64,000 nucleotides of DNA from sequence record NC_052662.1. One strand, 5' to 3'. Positions 9,045 to 17,156 of this stretch are shown here, piece after piece. Source of the DNA: Escherichia phage Mt1B1_P17. The first letter of the stretch is position 1; the number at the start of each line of letters is the position of its first letter. The notes under the pieces are model-generated. The model saw nothing but the letters and a program-made list of their open reading frames with translations, ran no database searches and had not been told where the DNA came from. The translations under genes were made by a program, and so were the position numbers.

Positions 9045-9272
9045 TCAGATTAATTCATCCAGGCATAACAGGCGATCAACGTTGAGATCTGTTAGGCTGA
9101 TGGTTGGCACCTGGTAGGATTCGATGTACTCGACGCTTGCATATTCCCCAAAATTAGCAACAGCCCACTTATTCAAGATCTCACATACATCATTAATCTT
9201 TTTGTTTGTTACAACTGCTACAACCTGGGAATAGCCAACGGTGCCGGATACGCGAACAATATTGATAGCCAT
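9045..9272 (-). CDS. hypothetical early protein (75 aa)
   Basis: ORF; promoter/hairpin cassette upstream. Confidence 0.45.
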   Translation of the reverse strand: MAINIVRVSGTVGYSQVVAVVTNKKINDVCEILNKWAVANFGEYASVEYIESYQVPTISLTDLNVDRLLCLDELI

Positions 9273-9363
9273 AATCTTTAATCTCTCTGTTGTGAGCGGG
9301 AAACCATTTCCCGCCTTATGTGATACATCTTACACTAATTTTAAACGTTGTCAACTGTTTTTA

Positions 9364-9603
9364 TTACATTCCAACCATCGCGGCGCGGATCGCTGTAGTG
9401 CTATACTTGAAACCGTCTGGAGTTTTATCTTGTCCAGTTTGTTCCAGGAATAACATCATATCACGGGCAGCATCATTACGATTAGTATTAGCGGCGATAA
9501 ATTCTTTCGCCAACCGATATAATGATTCGTCATTATTAATCCAAAGGCTTACATTCCAGTGAGTTTTATTTTTGTGACCTAAGAACATTTTTGATTTAGC
9601 CAT
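9364..9603 (-). CDS. hypothetical early protein (79 aa)
   Basis: ORF; promoter/hairpin cassette upstream. Confidence 0.45.
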   Translation of the reverse strand: MAKSKMFLGHKNKTHWNVSLWINNDESLYRLAKEFIAANTNRNDAARDMMLFLEQTGQDKTPDGFKYSTTAIRAAMVGM

Positions 9604-9692
9604 GATATTAATCTCTTTTTCAGTGAGGCGGGAAGTATTCCCGCTCTCTATGTAATACAGTTTACTCTTTTTATTCGTGCTGTCAATGCTTT

Positions 9693-10058
9693 TTATAAAT
9701 CTTTTTTACGTTTAACATCACTCGCATGACTGTATACAGTGATCCCATTGTCACGGCAAAAACGGGAAAGATACGCGCCGCGTGAAAACTCTTTACCTTC
9801 CATATTAATAACCTTGCTAAATTCTTCCAGGGCGACGGTATCAAAATGATCACCATAGCCATATTGAAACGGAACGTTAACCACCTCGATCAGTTTACCG
9901 CCGATCTCAACGTCAACCATTAAAGAAAAATATGTGTTACCGTAGGACTGTTGAAACCAGCGACGGGCGCTAATGTGCACCGCTTCAATGCTGGATAATT
10001 CAATTTTAGCCGTGTTAGCCAGGGTAGCATAAGCGGAAACATTGATATTAATAGCCAT
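9693..10058 (-). CDS. hypothetical early protein (121 aa)
   Basis: ORF; TTGACA-N17-CATAAT promoter and 5' hairpin upstream. Confidence 0.5.
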   Translation of the reverse strand: MAININVSAYATLANTAKIELSSIEAVHISARRWFQQSYGNTYFSLMVDVEIGGKLIEVVNVPFQYGYGDHFDTVALEEFSKVINMEGKEFSRGAYLSRFCRDNGITVYSHASDVKRKKDL

Positions 10059-10155
10059 GATGATAATCTCTCTTTTTGGTTAGTGGGAAGTATTCCCGAT
10101 AAAAGTTATTATGCTTATACTATCACTCATTGTCAATAGTATAAGACTAAAACTT

Positions 10156-10335
10156 TTAACGATAATCGTTATAGGCTTTATTGACCTGGCGAATGTAACA
10201 TTCGAAAGCAAGATCAATGTATTCGTATTCACGCACATAATCACCATAGGTCACTACATACATTTTTAAAGTTTCCTCATAAGCCAGGAGGATCGAATCT
10301 AAACCTATAATCTCAGTTTTTGCAATGATAGCCAT
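10156..10335 (-). CDS. small protein, about 59 aa (below track cut-off)
   Basis: ATG at 10335; RBS; TTGACA-N16-TATAGT promoter and hairpin GGCGGCAATGGTGCCGCC upstream. Confidence 0.4.
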   Translation of the reverse strand: MAIIAKTEIIGLDSILLAYEETLKMYVVTYGDYVREYEYIDLAFECYIRQVNKAYNDYR

Positions 10336-10418
10336 GATGTTAACCTTTTATTGTTGGCGGCACCATTGCCGCCCTACGTGATAAACTATACCAGAAGTTT
10401 AAACAGTGTCAACCGTTT

Positions 10419-10781
10419 TTATTCGTAAATTTTACCGCTTTCGGCCCATACCATAACGCGGCGCATACTATCCCAAGTGTTTTGATCCAGGTTTAAGCCG
10501 TGCAACTCTTCGGTACTTCCCAGACCAGGTACCGCTTTGTTGTAAGTCGCATATAAGCGCCCTTGATACTCATACACCAGAGTAAGATCCGTTTGAATCA
10601 TCTTTTTAAGCATAGCATTAAGCATCATATTAGCGGCATGTTGATCACGTTTTAGCGGTAACATATCAATAAGGGCGCGATAAGCTGAAACATGGATATC
10701 AACCGTTTCACGTGGTAAATTTTTCATATCATCGCGGAAAGATACCAGATTAAACATGATAGTATTGATTTGCTTGCTCAT
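10419..10781 (-). CDS. hypothetical early protein (120 aa)
   Basis: ORF; cassette 10803..10863 upstream. Confidence 0.5.
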   Translation of the reverse strand: MSKQINTIMFNLVSFRDDMKNLPRETVDIHVSAYRALIDMLPLKRDQHAANMMLNAMLKKMIQTDLTLVYEYQGRLYATYNKAVPGLGSTEELHGLNLDQNTWDSMRRVMVWAESGKIYE

Positions 10782-10802
10782 TGTGTTACCCTTTTTTGTT
10801 TT

Positions 10803-10863
10803 GGCGGGGAAGTATTCCGCCGCCCTATGTGATACATCTTATCAGATTAAAAAACGTTGTCAA
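10803..10863 (-). promoter_or_regulatory. early promoter cassette: TTGACA-N16-TAAGAT plus 5' stem-loop
   Basis: -35 at 10858..10863, -10 at 10836..10841, hairpin 10803..10824. Confidence 0.6.
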
Positions 10864-10871
10864 GAATATTT

Positions 10872-10967
10872 TTAGAAAATAATAGCCGCTACTACAACCC
10901 AAAATGGAACGGCTAGAATGATAGCGTTAATCGTTCCAACCGTCAAGCTATTTTCTTTATTAATCAT
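10872..10967 (-). CDS. very small membrane protein, about 31 aa
   Basis: ATG at 10967; RBS AAGAGGCTT; TTGACA-N17-TAATAT promoter and hairpin upstream; hydrophobic C-terminal half. Confidence 0.35.
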   Translation of the reverse strand: MINKENSLTVGTINAIILAVPFWVVVAAIIF

Positions 10968-11049
10968 TGTAAGCCTCTTGCATAATTTCACTATGAGCGG
11001 CACCATTGCCGCCCTACGTGGTAAATATTATGCCAGTGGCGGCGATATG

Positions 11050-11616
11050 TCAAAGACTATTTTCAAAGTTTTCTAGTGCTATCCTTTTTTCTTCCTCTGT
11101 CGGCTGATAATCAGGAAAAGCATCAACACACAACAACGGCGGGATCTCTTCGTACTCTTCCTCTTCCGTTGTCTCCTCGTCTTCCTCCTGGGCTATGGCT
11201 GCAATTTTGGCTAATTTTCTTTCGGCTTGAATCAATTTACCATCAAGTACGTTTTTTGCCATGTTGTAAGCGGTCCAGGTGATGCGCTTACTTTCCAGAG
11301 CTTCATCAAGCGCCGCTATCTTGCTGGGGTATTCATCCAGGACACGAAAAGCCGGATCAACTTTGTACAAAGGATTATCTTTCGCGCCGTCGCTCGCATC
11401 TTCTGCACTGGATAAATCAGCGTTACCATTTGCCAGCCAGCCAGGGCGCACATAACGCGCTTTTACGTTGCCGTTACTACGTGCTAATCTGTTACCTATT
11501 TGCTCACCGCTATATCCCGTGGATTCATCGATAAGATGATCGGGAATGATGCGCGGATCATCTGCTTCATGTTTTACCCAAGACTGGATCACATATTCGC
11601 GGCCCATATTAACCAC
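11050..11616 (-). CDS. hypothetical acidic protein (188 aa; E/D-rich C-terminus)
   Basis: ORF; RBS AAAGGTGG; start overlaps stop of upstream gene. Confidence 0.5.
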   Translation of the reverse strand: MVNMGREYVIQSWVKHEADDPRIIPDHLIDESTGYSGEQIGNRLARSNGNVKARYVRPGWLANGNADLSSAEDASDGAKDNPLYKVDPAFRVLDEYPSKIAALDEALESKRITWTAYNMAKNVLDGKLIQAERKLAKIAAIAQEEDEETTEEEEYEEIPPLLCVDAFPDYQPTEEEKRIALENFENSL

Positions 11617-11866
11617 CTTTTTTCAACAATTGGCATACTTTAAAAAGACTTGCTGAATCCTTGCAAGGGTAGAAAGATGTACGATAGTCACGTACGCCAA
11701 CCTTGCGGATCTCGATGTTCTCGCATGTTGTTTGATCAAAGATATTTATTTCATCACGCCCCCTTATATAAACATAGTGGGGATGTATTAACGCATATTT
11801 TGCTAATCTGTAAAAAGCGTTATCTTTGAACGCGATCACGTGACCTTTTAATTTGATGTAAAACAT
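11609..11866 (-). CDS. hypothetical early protein (85 aa)
   Basis: ORF; RBS AAGGTGG; TTGACA-N16-TAATAT promoter and 5' hairpin upstream. Confidence 0.45.
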   Translation of the reverse strand: MFYIKLKGHVIAFKDNAFYRLAKYALIHPHYVYIRGRDEINIFDQTTCENIEIRKVGVRDYRTSFYPCKDSASLFKVCQLLKKGG

Positions 11867-11942
11867 TCTACCACCTTACAAATAGCGGGAACTATTCCCG
11901 CTTTATGTAACATATTAACAAATTATTCGTTAATGTCAAGCC

Positions 11943-12215
11943 TTAAAGCAAAAACGCTACATCTTGCGCTTTTAGTGTAGTATCAACCATTTTCGGGCTT
12001 TTATAATCAACAAAGCGCGCGGTTTTTTCAATAGCGAAACCGAGATAATCTTGCTTGTTGAAATTACATTCTTTCTTAAATGTTTCCCGTGCAATGGCAA
12101 TCGCTGCGTCCAGGGATAAACGCCCGTCAATATTGATATTAGCGAAAGATCCGCCACCGCTCATAGGTTTACCAGTGGTGCCAGCTACGATCATTGTTGC
12201 GCTATATGATGCCAT
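11943..12215 (-). CDS. hypothetical early protein, about 90 aa
   Basis: Track ORF N-terminus (YHIGRRNGPA) is translated hairpin; start set to internal Met MASYSAT. Confidence 0.45.
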   Translation of the reverse strand: MASYSATMIVAGTTGKPMSGGGSFANINIDGRLSLDAAIAIARETFKKECNFNKQDYLGFAIEKTARFVDYKSPKMVDTTLKAQDVAFLL

Positions 12216-12304
12216 GATGATAATCTCTCTGTTGTGAGCGGCTGGACCATTCCGCCGCCCTATGTGATACATCTTATCAGGTTGTTGTTTGTTGTCAATA
12301 CTTT

Positions 12305-12502
12305 TTATTCTATCCCTGCAATTTGATTAACGCGCTTGCATTTTGTAGCGTGCTGGTCTTCTGTAATGACTCCCATTTCTAACAGGGAATCAATGAAAGA
12401 TAAAACCGTTTCATGATCATCCTGGGGATGACTGAACTCAGTAAAACCGTTTACTATTACGTTGATTTGTCCAGCTTTCGCCACAATATGCAATGTTGCC
12501 AT
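12305..12502 (-). CDS. hypothetical early protein (65 aa)
   Basis: ORF; RBS; TTGACG-N17-TAGTAT promoter about 150 nt upstream. Confidence 0.4.
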   Translation of the reverse strand: MATLHIVAKAGQINVIVNGFTEFSHPQDDHETVLSFIDSLLEMGVITEDQHATKCKRVNQIAGIE

Positions 12503-12775
12503 GATCTTAACTCCAGGTGATGAATGATGTTTTTTGTTGGTGGACGGTGGATTATGGAGATCCTCACCTTTGCCCGTCCTGCATTGCGCCCTCCTGTTGT
12601 TTATTGTCGTTGTGCCGCGCCCCCCTCGACAAGATGAATACTACGCTACCAGGTGAGGAACGTCAACCACTTTTTCAATCTTTTTTATTTTCTTTTTGCT
12701 TGCTATGTATAAAGGAAAGGGCTATTATCTTTCTACCGCGCCAACCAGGGCGCACAACAAAGAAAGGGCGACACC

Positions 12776-13042
12776 ATGACAAATACTACATTACACCTTA
12801 TGCACTCATTGGGCTGGCAAGGCGGAACGGTGCACCAGGTAGCAAGCGCAACGGGCTTAAAGGTTGAAACAGTTCTCAACCTGGGCGATCATAAGGTGGA
12901 AGAGATAGATCATTTTGATACGTTCGCAAATGGTTATCTATGGGCTTGCAGTGGCGGCGGGGAAAGCAAGATACCACCAGGGGCGCGGGGCGATATGTAT
13001 TTTTGGTTAGGTGTCCTATCCTGGCAAGAAAACAAAAAATAA
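12776..13042 (+). CDS. hypothetical protein (88 aa), plus strand inside a minus-strand block
   Basis: ORF with weak RBS; GC-rich surroundings; uncertain. Confidence 0.3.
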   Translation: MTNTTLHLMHSLGWQGGTVHQVASATGLKVETVLNLGDHKVEEIDHFDTFANGYLWACSGGGESKIPPGARGDMYFWLGVLSWQENKK

Positions 13043-13044
13043 TC

Positions 13045-13073
13045 TTGACAAGCCCAGGGATCGGGCTTATACT
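13045..13073 (+). promoter_or_regulatory. near-consensus sigma70 promoter TTGACA-N17-TATACT with no downstream ORF
   Basis: -35 at 13045..13050, -10 at 13068..13073; followed by about 200 nt of GC-rich untranslated sequence. Confidence 0.5.
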
Positions 13074-13292
13074 GTTTTACATACAGAAGAGGAAGCGCCA
13101 CCCCACGGCGTAAAGGCGGGGCTAACATACCAGGGGGCACTGGTTGGAAGGTTGATCGCCGGTAGGCTGGGCGCTATATATTTGTAAAGAAATGTAAAGA
13201 TAAAATAATCACTTGCTTTCCTGGCTGGATCTGTTATTCTTATTACATGGCGAGGGGACACGGGAGCGCGAGACAAACACCGCCCCTGCGCG

Positions 13293-13407
13293 TCATTCTC
13301 TAAATGAGAATGATTATCATTTACTTTATTAAATAAGAATCAATCTCATTTATAAACTTAAATGCGAATCATTATCATTTGCATTTCCACATGAGAACTC
13401 TTCTCAT
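13293..13407. promoter_or_regulatory. cluster of four Fur-box-like imperfect palindromes
   Basis: ATGAGAATGATTATCATT (13304..13321), AGAATCAATCTCATT (13335..13350), ATGCGAATCATTATCATTTGCAT (13362..13384), ATGAGAA-CTC-TTCTCAT (13391..13407); read directly. Confidence 0.45.
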
Positions 13408-13427
13408 TCCCACCTGCATAAATTTTT

Positions 13428-13606
13428 GTAAACTTTAAATTTTGGTTTTGTACTTTCATTTTTGTAAAAGCAAAAAAACTTTAAATACTGTGGGCGCGCA
13501 AAATTTTTAAAATTTTCCTTGACTTTTGAGTTTTGTTTTGTATCTAACATTTTAAGATAATTTTCCTAAACTTTAAATTTTGGTTTTCAACTTTCACTTT
13601 TGTAAA
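13428..13606. repeat. two about 40-bp direct repeats (AAACTTTAAATTTTGGTTTTG/CAACTTTCA...TTTTGTAAA) in AT-rich intergenic DNA
   Basis: Copies at 13428..13468 and 13566..13606; extra AAACTTTAAAT-type and TTTGAGAT motifs nearby. Confidence 0.5.
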
Positions 13607-13857
13607 TTCTTAAAAAGTTTAAATAATTTGAGGAATTTTTGAGATAATAGGTAGTGGGAATTTGAGATAACCTTTAATCTTGTTGGTAAACCTTCAGGAA
13701 CCCACCTAGATCAAATCTTAGCAATGCAAACTGAAAAAGATAAGTGTTCGTATAGGACAAAATAATAGGCTCTCTACGGTGCTGTAGGAGCCTTATTTCT
13801 GTGCTACAAAGTGACGCCTTTGTTCTAAAAATGAAAAAAGTTAAAATATCACAAATA

Positions 13858-14391
13858 TCATCTTTGCGGTATTTTGTCTGGGAAAAGTATTTCTATCAGT
13901 TTGTTATGATATTTACCTAAAAGATTCTGTCCTTTCCAGGTGGCAGGGTTTAGCACCCCTGGTTCATACATCCCCATTCCAATTCCGTATACCTTATCGT
14001 AAGGACTTGCTTCAACAAATGTTTTGTATTGATATAGACGTAAATCGGCATACAAGTCTGGATTCTGTACATACTTCAAGCATAAACCTCGCATAACAAT
14101 ACGCTCACGATTCTCTTCCCATATTTTGTTATCGAAACCTGCTACTGCCCTACCCATACGTTTGTAATAAGCTTGTATCTTCTCATCTTCTCGTTTTAAG
14201 CTATGAGTCAGAATAGCTTGTGCGTTGTTGTGATCGTTAAAGAGCAAAGCTTTACGCCACATCATATATTGTTCTACACAGTTAAATGTTTCATTGTAAC
14301 CTGGTTCGGTTTCTGTAAAGGGTGCAATATACCAATTACTAAACACATCTTTATGTGAAAAGAAGAATACATATTCATCAGTTATTCTCAT
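13858..14391 (-). CDS. NADAR / YbiA-like (DUF1768-type) domain protein
   Basis: Motifs FFF...FSNWY, ...MMWRKALLFND, GRAVAGFD, LVEASPYD..YGIG match the NADAR family pattern from memory; not confirmed by search. Confidence 0.55.
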   Translation of the reverse strand: MRITDEYVFFFSHKDVFSNWYIAPFTETEPGYNETFNCVEQYMMWRKALLFNDHNNAQAILTHSLKREDEKIQAYYKRMGRAVAGFDNKIWEENRERIVMRGLCLKYVQNPDLYADLRLYQYKTFVEASPYDKVYGIGMGMYEPGVLNPATWKGQNLLGKYHNKLIEILFPDKIPQR

Positions 14392-14567
14392 TTTTTCATG
14401 CCTCCTAAGACTTCAGCTTGCCCGTCTTGAAAAGCTTTCATCAGAACTATCTTAAGATTGACTTCCAAACGTTCTTCATCCTCTCTATAACAATCCAACA
14501 CTGCTTTAAGTTCATCATAGTGGTTCAGAATAGGTTTAAAGATTTCATGATCTGCTAAACGTGCCAT
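14388..14567 (-). CDS. hypothetical protein, about 59 aa
   Basis: Internal Met with RBS AAAGGAG. Confidence 0.4.
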   Translation of the reverse strand: MARLADHEIFKPILNHYDELKAVLDCYREDEERLEVNLKIVLMKAFQDGQAEVLGGMKK

Positions 14568-14580
14568 AGTTTCTCCTTTG

Positions 14581-14946
14581 TTAGTCCATCCACCAGTAGC
14601 CATAAACTGCGTCTGCGTCGATGAGTTTGTGTTTGTTGTTCCGCATGTAGTCTAAGATAAGTAGACGTTTATTGTATCTGGAGAGATTATGACCCTCTTT
14701 TCCGCCATAGTCAAAATATTTTGCAAGATCTTTGCACTCAAACAAAATTAGTTCGGGAGTTTCTTCACACTGGTCTGTCTGGTACACTTGACGAATGATC
14801 ATGTATACATCATCGTCTTCCGCTAAATGCTCTACTGGTCCACATCCAGCAGGAACAAATTCATAGTCCCATCTGATCAGATGTTTCTCTACTGCTTCAA
14901 AGAAGTCCATTCTTTCGTTGCGCATAATTTGAACGTCAACTAACAT
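14581..14946 (-). CDS. hypothetical protein (121 aa)
   Basis: ORF; RBS CAGGAGGAAAC. Confidence 0.45.
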   Translation of the reverse strand: MLVDVQIMRNERMDFFEAVEKHLIRWDYEFVPAGCGPVEHLAEDDDVYMIIRQVYQTDQCEETPELILFECKDLAKYFDYGGKEGHNLSRYNKRLLILDYMRNNKHKLIDADAVYGYWWMD

Positions 14947-15947
14947 GTTTCCTCCTGTAATATTCCACCATAAAGTTTATAAATGTTTTGTATTGATGCC
15001 AGACAAGATAGCTCCACTGTTTCTGTGTAGCCGTCTGGCATAGCATATTTGCTCACTGCTTCTGTGTCTAACACCTTTTTGCAATACTTTTCTGAATTTT
15101 TGCACTGCTTCACAGTGGGGAACTGCCACACTTGAACTTGTCTCATAGTAAACACATTGCGGCTATTCTGTTCTTTGATACGGCGATCACTACTATTGGC
15201 AATACCAAACTTCAGTGCACAAAGAATACCATCTTCATCATAAATATGATTAATGTAACATTGTTGTTGGTTTTGGCCCCCGCACTGCGGACACCCACTC
15301 CCCTTATGTAGCAAACCATCTGCACGCCCTATCTGTTCCCCGTGCTCCTTACATCCATATTTAAACTTACCCATTGTTGAAGGTTTACCGATCCATCCTA
15401 CCCATATATATCCTCTCCTTTCTACTTCCTTTCTTGTTCTATAGGTGGTCTGATCCTCTGTGTATTTGTAACTTGTAGAACAGCGGCAAGGGAGACACCC
15501 ACGTTTAAGATGACTTCCGGTAGCATAGAATTTACCATCACACACCCCAGCTTCCACATATTCATCATGAGAGCAAACAGGACATTCAACCATCCATACT
15601 ATATCACACCCTTTACGTTCCCCTGTATTGGTGAAAATAGTGCCTTCCTTAAATTTACCTACCTTCATAAAATCTTGTATGTGTTGCTGGTCTGGAATAG
15701 TGATAGCTTTGCTTCTCTTTTTCGAACGTTCCCTGTAGGCGCACTTAGGACAACCTCGACCATCTTTAAAACTGTGAAACGTTGTAGTATTCCATTCATG
15801 ACCATGCTCACAACGATTGATCATCTTCGTATGCACACCTTTATCTTCTCCATACGTGCCGAGAATGGTAATCCCTTTAGCCTCAGCTATCGGCTTACAT
15901 TCTTCCATATATGTTTCAATACTCTTCTTTACTGACATATCTAACAA
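14940..15947 (-). CDS. Cys-rich (multiple CxxC zinc-ribbon-like) protein with C-terminal T5orf172-type domain
   Basis: C-terminal FGIANSSDRRIKEQN...PDGYTET motif shared with CDS 20722..21708; several CxxC pairs in N-terminal half. Confidence 0.5.
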   Translation of the reverse strand: MLDMSVKKSIETYMEECKPIAEAKGITILGTYGEDKGVHTKMINRCEHGHEWNTTTFHSFKDGRGCPKCAYRERSKKRSKAITIPDQQHIQDFMKVGKFKEGTIFTNTGERKGCDIVWMVECPVCSHDEYVEAGVCDGKFYATGSHLKRGCLPCRCSTSYKYTEDQTTYRTRKEVERRGYIWVGWIGKPSTMGKFKYGCKEHGEQIGRADGLLHKGSGCPQCGGQNQQQCYINHIYDEDGILCALKFGIANSSDRRIKEQNSRNVFTMRQVQVWQFPTVKQCKNSEKYCKKVLDTEAVSKYAMPDGYTETVELSCLASIQNIYKLYGGILQEETC

Positions 15948-15967
15948 TTCTCTTCCTATTAAACTGA

Positions 15968-15998
15968 AATCAATATAACAAAACCCGCCGAAGCGGGT
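15968..15998 (-). terminator. intrinsic terminator AAACCCGC-TTCG-GCGGGTTT plus T-tract
   Basis: Perfect 8-bp stem; minus-strand U-tract TTTTGTTATATT. Confidence 0.55.
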
Positions 15999-16016
15999 TT
16001 AGCTATTTGTGCTGTA

Positions 16017-17156
16017 TCAGAATACGCTACCCAGTGTGGTAGATCGCTGCGTTACAGGCTCCAGCACCACTCGCAGAGTGTTTCCTGGTGTAGTGCTCAT
16101 CACCAGGATCTTACCACCTTCAATCAGATCACAAGTTAGACCATCAGCAGTTGCACATAGATCAATATGTGGGTCGCCATCTTCGTCTAGGATAACATAA
16201 CTATTGGTTTCCATTGCTTCCACTTCATCATCTTTCAAGCTTTGTAGATAGATGTTCAAGGAACAAGCACCCGACAAAAACTTAGTAGGGGTAAAGTCGT
16301 GCCAGTTATTGATCCAATTCACCTTCAAGGTTTTGCCATTAGCTACAATAGAAGCCACATTCCATTTAGCATCATTGCCTAAAGAAATACCCATCATTTC
16401 AAGACATTCTTTAAAAGTCATTTTTGGATAGAAATTCAATTCTTCTACAATGCCTTGAATAACATCGAAAGACAACTCTGTGCTAACATCCCATAAACGT
16501 TGGAAGTTATCTACGTGTTTTTTATTTACCAAGTTCTTATCCAAGTAATCTAACATAGTTTCACTAGACAGTTTATCGTAATTGAAACTGTAGTAGATAC
16601 GACTAGGACGGTTTACAAAATATTCCGAGATATAGCCACTATTTTTAGTGAGGATGTAAAGTTTATTCCCACTTCCTGTTCCATCCAACAAGGTCAACAG
16701 TGCTTCCTGATCTTCTTTCTTAGCGTACACTTTATCAAATTCGTCAAATAAAACAACAGCACGATCTGTAATTTTACTCATAAATTCTAAGAAGCCAGCA
16801 TCTGTGTAAGGCTGTGTAACCAAAATGGTTGGAATACCTAAACCTTCTGTGGACATTAGAGACATGCTAATCAGTTTAGCTAACATCGTCTTACCACTGC
16901 CTTTTGTCCCTGTCAGTAACACCCCAGTATTTTTACCTTCTTTACTACGACGAGCAAATGTTTTAATAACATGTGCGGCGCGATCTTTAGTTTCCCCATA
17001 AAGAGTGTTCGGAAGAGAGAAACTTTCACCACGCACTAAAGAGTAGTTACCGTGCGGATCGCAGTTGACAACCCAAACTCCAGCAGGAAGTTTATTAGCT
17101 TCAACACCATATTCCTTATTTACAACAGCCACATCTCCAAAAATAGTGTATTTCAT
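16017..17156 (-). CDS. AAA-type P-loop ATPase
   Basis: Walker A GTKGSGKT and Walker B VVLFDEFDK. Confidence 0.6.
   Translation of the reverse strand: MKYTIFGDVAVVNKEYGVEANKLPAGVWVVNCDPHGNYSLVRGESFSLPNTLYGETKDRAAHVIKTFARRSKEGKNTGVLLTGTKGSGKTMLAKLISMSLMSTEGLGIPTILVTQPYTDAGFLEFMSKITDRAVVLFDEFDKVYAKKEDQEALLTLLDGTGSGNKLYILTKNSGYISEYFVNRPSRIYYSFNYDKLSSETMLDYLDKNLVNKKHVDNFQRLWDVSTELSFDVIQGIVEELNFYPKMTFKECLEMMGISLGNDAKWNVASIVANGKTLKVNWINNWHDFTPTKFLSGACSLNIYLQSLKDDEVEAMETNSYVILDEDGDPHIDLCATADGLTCDLIEGGKILVMSTTPGNTLRVVLEPVTQRSTTLGSVF

Noticed and set aside
4485-12272. N-terminal extensions of several track ORFs (for example YHIGRRNGPP at 4855..5109 and 11943..12272, VYYVGRGNGATP at 4485..4688)
   Set aside because: These residues are translations of the conserved 5' hairpin (GGCGG...CCGCC) upstream of the real RBS; start codons were moved to the first Met downstream of an RBS.
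1700-12700. Possibility that the regularly spaced repeats form a CRISPR array
   Set aside because: The repeat units contain -35/-10 promoter hexamers and an RBS, are separated by variable-length protein-coding genes, and are not short identical direct repeats with uniform spacers.
13080-13180. tRNA gene in the GC-rich segment downstream of the orphan promoter
   Set aside because: Could not build a cloverleaf: no GGTTCGAATCC-like T-loop and no 7-bp acceptor pairing. No T-loop signature was spotted elsewhere in the window by eye, though this was not an exhaustive scan.
12934-13276. Minus-strand track ORFs 12934..13140 and 13067..13276
   Set aside because: Pro/Ala/Gly/Arg-rich composition typical of out-of-frame GC-rich sequence, no RBS, and they overlap a consensus plus-strand promoter; more likely non-coding.
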